Assembly (NCBI GenBank): GCA_965153355.1
Contig: OZ231126.1
Coordinates: 48,236,001 to 48,300,000 of the forward strand
Reading direction: 5' to 3'
Length of the DNA: 64,000 nt
Source: Flaccisagitta enflata
Lineage: Eukaryota
Shown: positions 13,101 through 61,365 of the stretch, piece by piece
Layout: each line of letters begins with the position of its first letter
Position numbering within the stretch: position 1 is the first letter of the stretch
The notes under the pieces: generated by a model
The model's input: only the letters and a program-made list of their open reading frames with translations
Told to the model about the DNA's origin: nothing
The model's database searches: none
Program-made: the position numbers and the translations under genes

Positions 13101-14795
13101 CCATGGGTGTTAAGGTACTTTGGAAAGACGGTCATTGGAATTAAATGGCAATTCTACAATTTAGTAATGTCATTATGCATATTGCATAAGGATCTAGTGC
13201 TTAAAGCATAGCCAAACATCACTTTTCCCCTGGCTTTAAAAATAAAACGGGTAGGCAATTGTTTTGTCTTTCAGTATGGATTAAAAAAATCACCGACCTG
13301 TTCAAAATGGACAAGTTGGACATGTCTTCCTCCTTCTCGAACTTGGGAGGATTGCATTCCAAAATCTCAGCCTTGGGCAAGTTGTGGGACTGCAAACGGA
13401 AAAATGATGATTTAATAGTGAATCTCGAAGGTTAAAGACAGAGCATTTTATTCATTTTTAGGGTTTTTAGTTGCGGACACGCAACTCTTTAAGAGGCTTT
13501 GTCCGTCCGTCCGTCCATTGGTCCGTCCATCGGTGCGTCCGTTGGTCCGTTGGTCCGTGGTCGAGTTGAAAAGTGCAAAAACGCGCGTTTTCGATGCTGC
13601 ACTTGTGATCGTCTGTGCGTTTGAGTGTGTGTGTGGTGGGCGAGGGTGTAGATGGAGGTTACACGCCCCTGGTCACCCGTCCGCAACGATATTGTGACCC
13701 CGTATCACTTGTTTTTTTCATCTTTAGAGACGATAATTGTTCAAGCAAACTCAAGTAAAAGACTTACTCCGCTGGCAGCCTCGACGTCGAACTTGTCGGG
13801 GCCACCACCGACGATCTTGGCCCTGACGTAAACCTCTTCGGGGTCGGCGATCCAGCAAGCCGTCTGTCGTACAGATGGGAAAAGACAAGAGAAACATACA
13901 GAATAGAGTTTCGACGATGAAAATGAAATGTACATTCAACTGCTTTTTGTTTAGGCTCTGGTGACGTAGAACGAGCGTCGGATTTTAATCATGAATTGCT
14001 GATTACGATTCTGGTGGTACGCTTTGTCGGTTGGTCGTACATCAACTCCTTATTCATTCATTCCTCACTACTATCTTGGAAAAAAGTTTGTCGCACTTTT
14101 GACTAAGAGGCGTTTTATGGACAAGATGATACAATTAATATGTCTGTAACAATCTTGATACTTGGTCTTTGCCTCCCTTGACCTTTCTAAATGCTCTCCT
14201 GCGTCTCAGCATACTTTTGCACGCTGGCTGAAGGTATGATAGTGTGATCTTCCTCCAGACTTTAGCGCAATTCTTTTTAGTCCCGCCATCTATGTCACAC
14301 ATCCCCGACTTTGCCATTTCTTCAATTGGGCCCATAGTGATTCAATCAGGTTGATATCTGGGCTGTTTTGGGGCCAACTGGAGCAGTGTTTGACCTTTGA
14401 CTATGTGCCTTTGATCCTATTGCTTTGTTGAGACAGCCAGTGAGCGGGCGCGCCATCTTCCATGAACCGGGTTTCAAAAATGCCATTTTATGCTATTTTT
14501 CTAAAGAGGTACCTAACTTCATTTCTAAACGGTTAGATGCACATTAGTGCGGTTGGCCCCAACTGCTAAAAAATTCGAAGACGTTTCAGGATCTCACTAA
14601 TTTTTCTACAATCTTTTTATTTCTAAAGGAGATATGCGGCTTTAAGTGATGCGATAAACTTATTTCCAAGGTTGTACTCACCTTGGCGTCAAATTCAGCA
14701 GAACGCTCGGCCATGAGCTGTTCGGCCGGCGACTGCAACCAGATCCAGTCTGGATGCTTGGGGGACAATCTCTCAACAGGTGCGGCTTCGCCCAT
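8629..14795 (-). CDS. Mhc: Myosin II heavy chain (striated-muscle type): SH3-like N-terminus, motor domain and first IQ; 11 coding exons, ~805 codons; 3' end unresolved
   Basis: Phase-consistent GT-AG exons: 14795-14682, 13863-13768, 13389-13298, 12943-12735, 12401-12295, 12056-11928, 11532-10462, 10295-10162, 9863-9718, 9441-9260, 8765-8629. Motifs: [21 protein letters not shown]-loop GESGAGKT, switch [16 protein letters not shown], switch [38 protein letters not shown]-like MQCQARRVL. No internal stops or frameshifts. Confidence 0.95.
10462..11532 (-). CDS. Mhc: Largest myosin motor exon (357 codons, GKFIRIHF...GWLFKNK)
   Basis: Matches ORF 10432..11568. CAG acceptor at 11535-11533, GTATTA donor at 10461. 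Contains [26 protein letters not shown]. Confidence 0.97.
11700..11881 (+). mobile_element. Short intact HINE-like element in a myosin intron
   Basis: AGTCGCGGACTAGCGACT 5' hairpin, (GTCC/GTCG)n, CGCGACT and GGCCGTGTATCCGGCC 3' end, flanked by T runs. A near-identical copy lies at 43180-43352. Confidence 0.75.
14068..14560 (-). pseudogene. Tc1-like transposase remnant (DDE region) in a myosin intron
   Basis: The minus strand reads FMEDGAPAH...[16 protein letters not shown]...[21 protein letters not shown]...KGG with frameshifts. A TACTATCTTGG terminus lies near 14069. Confidence 0.8.
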
Positions 14796-14840
14796 CTTGG
14801 CTGGTTTGGCTGGTTTAGCGGGAGACAAAGAAGCTTATCC

Positions 14841-14928
<88 letters not shown>

Positions 14929-14961
14929 CATAGACAGACACATAGACAGACACATAGACAC

Positions 14962-14994
<33 letters not shown>

Positions 14995-15004
14995 GAGAGA
15001 GAGA

Positions 15005-15055
<51 letters not shown>

Positions 15056-15325
15056 CAGAGACAGGCAGAGAGAGGGAGAGAGTCGGGATAGAAACCGACA
15101 AAAAGGCAGGCAGAGAGAGACCGAAACAGACCGACAGACATAGTGGCAGAGACAGACGGGCAGACATTAAATGACAGAGCCAGACTTAGAGATATATTGA
15201 CGTAACGAAACAATGAGAGAGTAAAAGAAAGATGTGTCAATATTACTATTTCAGACAATTTTTTTCTCTTTTTTTTCTTTGTATTTTGAGATTAAGCATC
15301 ATCAAAAATTAATTCTTCATCTTAC

Positions 15326-15376
15326 CTTCAACAACTTCTTAGTCCTTTGATTCTGGGTGGTCCTGCTTTAACGACC
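15326..15376 (-). other. Non-coding 5' UTR exon 2 of the myosin gene
   Basis: TTTTCAG acceptor at 15377 and AAG|GTAAGA donor at 15325, no ATG inside. The next exon (acceptor at 14840) carries AAG-ATG-G at 14795. Confidence 0.65.
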
Positions 15377-15431
15377 CTGAAAATGAGGATTAGGCAAAGT
15401 TAGGTATGCGTGTGCTTAGTCCTCTGTATAT

Positions 15432-15730
15432 TAGGGTGGTCGTGGAATAGGGTCAAAAAATGATATACTCTAGTTTTTGCATAAATGTACCAAAAAAGAA
15501 GGTTTTCTCACAAGCAGAGGTCTGAATTTGAAGATTAAACCCCTTCGGCAAAACTATGGGCTTCCTATGGCAAAAAAAAAGTCCCCATAGTAAGCCTATG
15601 GTTTTGCCGACAAGGTTTTTTGTTTGATTACACACCCCAACTTGTGAGAAATCCCTCTTTTATTGGATATTTGTGCAAAAGGCCTAAGTATATCAATATA
15701 TGAAATTTGACCCATTTCCCGACCACCCTA
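15432..15730. mobile_element. hAT-type MITE in myosin intron 1
   Basis: TAGGGTGGTCG...CGACCACCCTA termini; 8-bp TSD CTGTATAT at 15424-15431 and 15731-15738. Confidence 0.9.
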
Positions 15731-15963
15731 CTGTATATCCGGGTGTCTGCCTACCTATGAAAGTTGAAACAACATTGCCAATGCTTACGACTTTTTTCAA
15801 CACGGCGACAGCCGCCATTACTAATATATATTTTCTGCATGGTGATTTTGCACGTTTAAGAAAGTCAAGTGCGGACGTAACGAACAATATAAATCATAAA
15901 TGAGATGAACAATCCAAACAATATCGATACCATGGTCGCATCAACGCGGTTTTTCAAACTTAC

Positions 15964-16016
15964 CCCTCGCTTGAGCAATTGGTGGTGAAGACCACGAGGC
16001 AACCAAGGCTTTTATA
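15964..16016 (-). promoter_or_regulatory. Myosin core promoter (TATAAAA 16016-16010, Inr-like TCA with A at 15986) and ~23-nt non-coding exon 1
   Basis: The TATA box starts exactly 30 nt upstream of an Inr-like TTCAC, followed by a GTAAGT donor at 15963. Confidence 0.7.
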
Positions 16017-16051
16017 CCCGGGCTCGGGACGGTCCAACGCGAGGCGACTCT

Positions 16052-16340
16052 CCCTCTCTCGGGAAAACGATGGGGACGCGATGAGGAAGAAGAGGATGAA
16101 TCAAGGATGAGGAGTGAGGAGACGGGGGGGGGGGGCTGGAAGGTGACCCCCTCTCCAGAAAAAGTGATGAGGACGTTATGAGGAAGAGTAGGATAAATTA
16201 AGGATGAGGAGTGAGAAGGAGAGGGGGGTGAACACGAACCGCCTCTCGGGAAAACGATGAGGTCGCACGATCACGGTGAGGAAGAGGAGGATAAGGATAA
16301 AAAAAAAATAATGAGGAGTTTGAGGGAGACGTGGGGAAAA
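16052..16340. repeat. Three degenerate ~90-95-bp purine-rich tandem units directly upstream of the myosin TATA box
   Basis: The motif cctctc.gg/gaaaa.gatg.gg....tgaggaaga..aggat....atgaggagt recurs at ~16052, ~16148 and ~16241. Confidence 0.7.
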
Positions 16341-16961
16341 AACTCATGGGCTGATCATGTGAATGATGAAAAAATAAGTCTGGGAGGACGATATCTCTTT
16401 AACAGTGGCTGATCAAAAATGTGGTCGTGCCTTTCAACGCTTTCAGCCTATGATTGATAATAAAGCTTATAGACAGATATTAAATACAGCTTTCCTTTCG
16501 ACAGTTTCATCAGCAAAAAAAATATATTTTAGTTGCTGATATGCAGCTCTATACGAGGCTTTGTCCGTCTGTCGGACTGTTGGGCTATAAGCACGAGTTG
16601 AAAAGTGGCAAAACGAGTATTTTAGATGGTTCTCGTGTATGTGTGTGGCTGGATGAGGGTCGGATGCCCTTGCCCACCCGCCCACAACGATATTGTGACC
16701 CCGCGTCACTCGTTATTCAATCAATTCTTTCTTTTAATTTGTTCATTCCAATGAAATTTGATGATTGTTTTAAATAACGACGTAAAATATGATAAAGCTT
16801 GATATTTGATAACAAAATATGGTAATAGTAAATGACGTGGGACACAATATCGTTGCTGACAGGTGGGCAGAGGCATCCAACCCCTATCCACACGCCACTC
16901 TTTCTCTCCCCCCCCCCCCCCCCACACACATACACACTCAAGCATGTAAAACGCTCGTTTT

Positions 16962-18480
16962 TGGGCAGCGGCCCCAAAGGGGTCGATGACCTATGCTTTT
17001 GGGCAGCGGCCCCGAAGGGGCCGATGACCTATGCTTTCACACAGGGCAAATTTCTCCTCCTTCTTCTCCTCCTTCTCCTTCTCCTTTGTACTCCCCCCCG
17101 CTTTCAGCCTGGAGACCCAAATCCCAGCCTCAAGGCCCAAATCGCAGCCTCAAGGCCAAAATCCCAGCCTCAAGGCCCAAATCCCAGCCTTGAGGCTCCA
17201 ATTCCAACCTTGAGGCTCAAATCCCAGTCTTGAGGCTCAAATCTCAGCCAAGAGGCTTAAATCCCTGCCTCTAAGCTCAAATCCCAGCTTCAAGGCCCCG
17301 ATTCCAGCCTCCAGGCTCAAATAAAAACAGCATAGGTCATCGGCTCCTTCGGGGCCGCTGCCCCTCTCACCATCTCACACCCTCATACACTCACTTAGGG
17401 GCAACGGGTACCGCTGACCATCTAATGCTTTTGCGACTATTACACATATGGGGAATTTTCTCCTCCTTCTCCTTCGTACCCCCCCTCCACCAGCCTCCGG
17501 GCCCATATCTCAGCCTGGAGGCCCATATCCCAGTCTCGAGGCCCAAATCCCAGTCTTGAGGCCCAAATCCCCCCCTTGAGGCCCAAATCCCACCCTTATG
17601 ACCCCAATCCCATGGCTAAGATTCCAGTCTCTACGGATTTGGGCCTCAAGACTGGGATTTGGGCCTTGAGGCTGGGATATGGGCCTCCAGGCTGGGATAT
17701 GGGCCCGGAGGCTGGGGGAGGGGGGGTGCGGAGGAGGAGAAGGAGGAGAAAATTCCCCATAACCATAGCACAAAAAAAAACGGAACAACTTGTTTTGATG
17801 ATTTTTGCTAAAATGAAGACCGAAGCCATAAAAAATTCATGACCGTTTGATAGCTCTGCAAAAGATCTTTCAAATGCGACGTTGCTGGTCATTATAGCTT
17901 TATCCGTTTAGAAATGGCAATAGAATGAATGAAAACATTGCCCTTTTCATTTTGCGGTCAGATTAAATAAGAAGGTTTTGAAAATAAAGTTAATCACTTT
18001 GACAAGCTGTAACTTTTAAACGGTTTGAGATACAGATCTGGGATTGGTCTAGAATGAAAGAAAATTAAAAAATCTTTAAAATCGTCTAGGAAAAAAAGTT
18101 CAAATTATTATTTTTTTCATCTTTTACATGAAATAACAAAGAGAAACGACTTCTATGATTTCAACTTTCACATCCATGACCACCTCTTCTTTAATGTTAT
18201 GTCATTTCTTAACGAATAAAGGCAGAACAACCAGCATGGTCTCATTTTGAAGATCTTTCGCAGATCTTTCAAACGGTCATGGATTTTGCTATGTTTTTCA
18301 CAGTGGATGAATCTCAATCTTTAAAAAACATTTTGTTCCGTTTTTTTTGTGCTATGGTTATGTGTGAAAGCATAGGTCATCGACCCCTTCGGGGCCGCTG
18401 CCCTGCTCCCCCCTCAACTTCATCCACAACCTACTTAAGCAGGGCACGGGTACCGCTGACCATCTAACGCTTTTGCGACT
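16962..18480 (+). mobile_element. Cluster of elements carrying a 21-bp minisatellite (GGGCAGCGGCCCC family)
   Basis: Subterminal inverted repeat GGGCAGCGGCCCCGAAGGGGTCGATGACCTATGCTTT, internal (CTCAAGGCCCAAATCCCAGC-like)n and 3' tail GGTACCGCTGACCATCTAACGCTTTTGCGACTA. Confidence 0.7.
17762..18358. mobile_element. MITE with TA target duplication, nested in the 21-bp family element
   Basis: ACCATAGCACAAAAAAAAACGGAACAA...TTGTTCCGTTTTTTTTGTGCTATGGT with TA on both sides. Removing it restores the host CCCCATATGTGTGAAAGC. Confidence 0.85.
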
Positions 18481-20191
18481 ATTTCACTTTTCGACTCACA
18501 GTCCGACTCACAGTCCGACGGATGGACGGACAAACGAACGTAACCTCTAATAAAATTGCGTGTCCGCTACTTGAAGGGACAATGAATTTTCAGCCATTAT
18601 AGGCAGAATTACGTTAGATGCGGTCCGTCAGAGTTGGGTTAGAGCAAAACAAAAACAAAGGTTTTTCATCGCTTTTCTCATTTAAATTGACGCAAGAGTT
18701 ATATGGTTTGTTCAATTGCGGTTGCCGTCAAAGCACATCGGGTTCGGGTGATCAAGAGGGGTGCTGAACAGGGAAAAAGAGAGAGAAGTGTTTAGTGGGA
18801 AGGAGGGACAGAGGAAATTTGGATGAAACTATCGATCGTCGTATTATAACCATGGACGCTAGATCGAGAAAAACAAGGCCGGATACACGGCAATCCAGTC
18901 GCGGACGGTTGGGCAGGAGCAGTAATGCAAAAACCGCTAGCAATTCAAAAATGTGACGTACCAACTTACCGACCTACCGACACGGCAAGTTCTAGAGTCG
19001 CGTGTCCGCGACTAAAAAGGCCAACACCTATAAGTCGCGTGCAAGACATACATAACTATAGACATTCTAGAACTATATAACTAAAATGACTTTCACTAAA
19101 TTTATTTGACATAAGATGACTTTAAATGATTAAAAATGACCTAAAATGACTTAAAATGACCTAAATTAACTTGAATTGACCTAAAACGATTAAAATGACA
19201 TAAGTGACTGAAATGACTTAAATTAACTTAAATTGACTTAGATTGACTTAAATTGACTTAAAATGACTTTAAATGACTTAAATTGACCTAGAATGACTCA
19301 AATTGAATCTAACTGACCTAAATTGACTTAGTTTGACCTATAATCACCAAAATGACAAAAATGGATAAAATGACTAAAATGCGGCTAACGCGTCCAGTTG
19401 AATAAATATACATGGAGATGTCAGTCATCAACTAATGGCATTCTGACATCCTGACATCTATAAATCTAATCATCGAATCTAATATTATCCAATCCCTCAA
19501 TCTGCTCATTAATTTTCATGTCGGAAACATGGCCGGATACATTGGCCTTAAGTTGTTGCTTGAGTTTGGATGGGACAGGGACAGTAACGCCCACAGATCG
19601 TTAAATCCGTGCTCATTAACAAGTGACGCGGAGTCACAATATCGTTGCGGACGGGTGGGCAGGGGTATCTGACCCCCAACCTCACCCCAACTCTCCATGA
19701 ACTCCCCCCTCCCACACACATCCTAATGCGCGTTTCTTCAACTTTCAACTTGTGCGTTACAAACCGACGGACAGACGAAAAAGCCTCTTATAAAAGAGTA
19801 GACGGACACACGGACGAAGCTGTAAAAGAGTTGCGTGACCGCAACTAGTAACGTATTGGACAACAGACCGATGAACTAACCCACTCTCTCATTAAGTCGG
19901 AAGAAAGAAACAACAAGGCCGGATACACGGTCAATACCAGTTGCAGACGGGTGGGCAGGGGCGGAAACGCGCGTTTTCACGCTTTTCGACTCGTGTTCAC
20001 GGACGGACCGACGGCCGGACGGACGGACGGACAAAGGCTCTGATAGAGTTGCGTGTCCGCAACTAAAAACGATGACTGGGAAAAAGTGAATCCACTTGTT
20101 TTTTCTAATAAGAACATGTTTTTTTTCTGAGGCTCAGTGTTCTGATTTCTACAGCTATTTGAGAATCAAATAGTTCTTAGGATGTTCTTAT

Positions 20192-21144
20192 TTTTAGTCG
20201 CGTGCTACGCGACTCAAAACCCCGCTTTGTCGGTCCGTCGGTCGGTTGGTTGGTTGGTTGGTTGGTCGGTTGGTTGGTCAGTCGGTTGGTCCCCTCTTGG
20301 GCAGCGGCCCCGAAGGGGTCGATGACCTATGCTTTCACACATATGGGGAATTTTCTCCTCCTCCTCCTTCGTACCCCCCCTCAAAGCCCAGCCTCGAGGC
20401 CCAAATTCTATTCTCGAGGTCCAAATCCCAGTCTCGAGGCCCAAATCCCAGCCTCAAGGCCCAAATCCCAGCCTCAAGGCCTAAAACCTAGCCTCAAGGC
20501 CCAAATCCTGGCCTGGAGGCCCAGATTCCAGCCTTGAGGCCAAAATCTCAACCTGGAAGTCCAAATCCCAGCTTAGAGGGCAAGGTCCCAGCCTCCAGGC
20601 TAGGATTTGGGCCTTGAGGCTAGGATTTGGGCCTTGAGGCTGGGATTTGGGCCTCGAGACTGGGATTTGGACCTCGAGACTGGAATTTGGGTCTTGAGGC
20701 TGGGCTTTGAGGGGGGGGACGGAGGAGGAGAAAATTCCCCATATGTGTGAAAGCATAGGTCATCGACCCCTTTGGGGTCGCTGCCCTGCTTCCCCTTCAA
20801 CTTCAAACCCAAGCTACTTAGGCAAGGCACGGGTACCGCTGACCATCTAACGCTTTTGCGACTATTTACTTTTTTGGTGTTTTTAAGCTTTTTGGGCTCA
20901 CAGCTCCTTCCCAAATGCCATTAAAAGTCATTCTAAGTCATTTTAAGTCATTCTAAGTCATTCTAAGTCATTTTAAGTCATATTAAGTTATATTAAGTCA
21001 CTAAAGTAAATAAGGTCAATATGGTCATTAAAGTTATTTTAAGTCATTTTAAGTCATTTCAGGTCACCTTGAGTCATTTAAACTCAATTTAAGTCATCTT
21101 AAGCTATTTCTGTCCTGCACGCGACTTATAGGTGTTGGCCTTGT
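20192..21144 (+). mobile_element. HINE-like element with a 10-bp (TTTAAGTCAT)n array, hosting a 21-bp family element (20299-20864)
   Basis: 5' AGTCGCGTGCTACGCGACT, (GGTT/GGTC)n and 3' CACGCGACTTATAGGTGTTGGCCTTG. The nested element sits in a T run. Confidence 0.7.
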
Positions 21145-21533
21145 TACTATCACCAGCTCATACAAGAATATTCTTTTATCTGGTTTCCCCAACTCCGATT
21201 GTCAATTGAACAGATATGAGAATCAAATTATCAATTATAAACAAATCAAATTTCAATGTATGAGTAATTGAAATCAATCATAACAATTTAACAGTATCAC
21301 AATCCTTTTTGATAATTGCAATTCCTTAAGCAAATAAAGTGTGAATGTTCATAAATCGATATTCCCTTTTTTTGAGGTTGACAATGTTCTTATGATTGTT
21401 CTTATTTTTTTCCACATCTGAGCCTCAATGTTCTTATAAACATGATTCTTAGTAAAAGAAATGAATTTAAAGCATAGACGGACCAAAAACCAATAAAAAT
21501 TAACAACTGAGAGCATGAAGTGTGTGGGCGACC

Positions 21534-36795
<15,262 letters not shown>

Positions 36796-36830
36796 TTCGT
36801 GACGAAGGACTTGACTCATCGATACTTGGA

Positions 36831-36910
<80 letters not shown>

Positions 36911-36911
36911 T

Positions 36912-57914
<21,003 letters not shown>

Positions 57915-58414
57915 TGTTGTTCTTTTTTTTTCTCGGAGTCAAGATTTTGAAAAGATAAAGAACGAAAATTTAAAAATCTTGTTTCGAGAAGGGCTGTGAA
58001 GGGTCGAAAAGGGTGTTTTAATCGCGAACTGACTTTTAATGGTTACGGGTCCATTCACATGCACTGAGTTTTGTTGGTTTAAAGGGTGATTCTGCAAGCC
58101 TCATATGGGCCGCCCTTGATACTTCACGCATCAAAATGATTATTGCCTTCCTACCATCATAGAAATAAGTACACCTACAGAGAGAAAGCTTAGAGATATA
58201 AGATCGAGCAAAAATCAGATTCTGAAACTTCAGTAAATTTCCTACCACTTGCCGCCAATCTGGAAGTTGTAGCTCAATCCGTTTAGAAATGGCAAGCATA
58301 AGAAAAACGGTACTCATTTTCAGAAATAGCAAAAATATGATGCATGAATTTGCTGGCTTCCTGTTGACAAGTTTGTCGCAAACTTTACTGTTTAAATTTC
58401 TGCAGTCATCCATT

Positions 58415-58650
58415 CCCAGGGTGGCTGGGCAAAAGTTAGCAGTTTGGAATTAAACCCCATTGAAAATCTCTTTTTAGTCAAATGAAAGCTATGCAGAGTT
58501 GGGAGAATGCAATATGATCACTGGTTTAAAAAAAATCATTTTGAAGTTGTGGAATAACATCAACCTTGTGTACCTCAGATTCTTGTATGAGTCGATGGCG
58601 TGTCAGATAAAGGCAGTGGTAAAGGCCATCAGTGGCCATACCAAGTGTTG
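58415..58650 (+). pseudogene. Tc1-like transposase remnant
   Basis: Frameshifted fragments LNPIENL...KLWNNINLVYLRFLYESMACQIKAVVKAISGHTK. Confidence 0.7.
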
Positions 58651-59785
58651 AGATAAATTCTGTTTCTATTTTACCTCCTTGATCATAAATCAACTTATTC
58701 ATAAAAGTGTAGGTATACTTTTTTCCAAGATGATATTGCTTGACACTTGTAAACAGTTTTGTCTATAGAGACTAGAGTGCACTCAAACGATGATTTCTTT
58801 TTGTTGATAGATATGCTTGTTTTTATTTTTTTTAGTTTATCTTGTAGCTGAAATAACTTATATAAATGTATCGTGATTATTTTTGTCAAGGGTTAATCAA
58901 CCGTTGTTAGATAAGTTGTGTGCAAACTTGTGAAAGGGGTGTTCTCATGGGAACAGGGCCAGATTGATCACTTTGTTCACAACACGATCGAAAATAATAA
59001 ATGATTAATATTTCGGATTAAGATAATTCTACTTCTAGATTTTAAAACAAAATCACCCGGGGAAAACCAACCTCGGGACTCTAAGTCCGACCGAAAAATT
59101 TGAAATTTTTTGTCGTTATTTGGGATACACGCTTACACTATGTCACTTGGAGTGGTGAATTTTGTCAAATGCGGTCCTCAGTGAAGACTCCTCACACCTT
59201 GAGAGAGGAACAGCGTGACGCAAATCCTTATCAATTGTTTTTTCACTTCGATGAGTTTTTTTTAAAGAAGCACCTTATCGATACAATTATTCCCCCAGTT
59301 TGACTGTCAGTTTGTCTGCAAATTTGCTTTTCTGTTGATAAACATTTTTCTTATGGCCTTGTCTGTCATTCCACTCCGTACAAATGCAATGATCTTGTTT
59401 CTAGGACAACTTAGGACAACTTTGGAACAAATTCTGGCCAATTTTGAGACAGCAACCGTTGGAGAACTTAAGTTAGGAAAATAATTCAGAAAACAGAAAA
59501 TGTGGAAAACTCAGAGCACGCATCTATTTGTGGTCTTTCAGCTTTTTTATCTTAATGTTAAGGTTGAATAGTCGCAAAAGCGTTAAAACTTAAATGGTCA
59601 ATGGTACCCGATGCACCAATGTTTGTTTTAGTGAGAATGAGATGCTGAAAAAGACAGTGGTGAAGAAAAGAATGATAATCTATAGGGAACTCAGGTGTGC
59701 CAAATAGGGGTGATGACAGTTTGTACATTGTAACACTAACTCCAAATGGGAATTTTGATTTCAAGACAATCACCATTTTCCTTTT

Positions 59786-60320
59786 TGGACAGCCGCCCCA
59801 AAGGGCCGCTGTCCTGTAGGATACAGGGGTGAATTTCCTTACGTCTGTACATCCGTCCATCCATCGGTCTGTACATCCCCCCCCTCGAAGCTTATCAATT
59901 CTCAAATTCCCATTGAATAACATAGAAAAATGACAAAATACAAGCTTCCCATTCAATAACATGGATGATTTACAGAAGAAATAGAAAAATGCAAATTTTC
60001 CATTGGATAACATGGAAACTTGACAGAAAAATGTTAAATTCCAATTGGATAACATGGAAAATTGATGAAGAAACAAAAACAAATGTGCAATTCCCACTAG
60101 ATAACATGGAAAATTGATCAGAAATTTAAAAAAATGTAATACTCCCATTGAATATCATGGAATGAAATATGCCTTCTCAGGACATAAGGAAATTCACCCC
60201 TGTATCCTACAGGACATTGGCCCTTTTGGGCCGCTGCTCTGCTCACACTACTTCTTCAGTTGAACACTCCAAGCAAGGCATCGGGTTCTGCTGACCATGT
60301 GCGATCCTTGGATAACATGT
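59786..60320 (+). mobile_element. Relative of the 21-bp family with a ~40-bp internal tandem array (CCCATTGAATAACATGGAAAA core)
   Basis: Inverted TGTCCTGTAGGATACAGGGGTGAATTTCC / GGAAATTCACCCCTGTATCCTACAGGACA, with a GCTGACCAT 3' tail. Confidence 0.65.
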
Positions 60321-61278
60321 TTCAAAATTCAATTGGCAACCGTTTTTAGTTGCAACAAAGCACCTCTATAATTGGCTGTGTCCGTCAATTGGTTGGTTGG
60401 CTGGTCTGTCAGGCCCTAACGCATTCGTTTGACAATGCACACGTCGCCTACTTGGTCTGGTTTATCGCTATTGAAATCAAATGATATTTCCGCACCCTTG
60501 CTTGCCCATACACAGATAATGTACTCAATTTTTTTTTTTTTTTGTACTCAAAGAAACGCCATTCTACAGTTATAGACTTTTAATGAAAGTTGGACATCAT
60601 TACTACTCAAACATCTAAAAAAAGGACAAGAGCCTTTGGAGCTCTAACTGGTGTTTATGTGATGGAACTAAGTAGGCTGCTGTTCAGTTTTACATGTCAT
60701 GGTGCCATAAAAAATGATTCGAACTCTTCAACAAGTACAGCAAATGAGACAAAGTCAATTACATGATAACAGCAATATGCAAATTAGGGGGAAAACAAGG
60801 GTTTTGAAAAAAAAACGGAGGATAAGTGAAAAATGAAAAAAAGAAAAATGGCGAAGGCCTTTAAATTAGTAGCCCCATGCTGTCCTAATGTGATATCTCC
60901 ATAGAATAATGTTTTGCATATTGTCACACCTGAATCGGGAACCTATGAGGGATTGTGATCATTTGAACTTTTTCTTCCAGCTTTTGAGGCCCTCAGGCTA
61001 CAGTATGAGGATCAAAGAACTGGCTAACTGGAGGGAAGCCATAACTGTAAAACGATAAGGATTCATGATCAATTTTTTACCACAAAATGCACCTATAAAA
61101 GTATTAGTATGTATATTGTTTAAGGTTTTGGAGCCATTCTAACAAATTCTTCTTTTTTTGTGTAAAAAATTCTTGGAAAAAATAAATGATTCTCTGCAGA
61201 TTTTGTTTTTCTTTCCTAATCCTCCGCCAGAGCGAATTTAATTTAATCGCTTCGGGCCGTAATACATAAGACCCAGCC

Positions 61279-61365
61279 AACCCTTAGCCCTAAAGCTAAC
61301 CCTGTCCCTAACCCTAACCCTAAAACTATTCCGAACCCTAACCCTAAACCCACCCCTAACCCTAA
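61279..61365 (+). repeat. Degenerate interstitial (TAACCC)n telomere-like repeat
   Basis: Several CCCTAACCCTAA units interspersed with variants. Confidence 0.6.
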
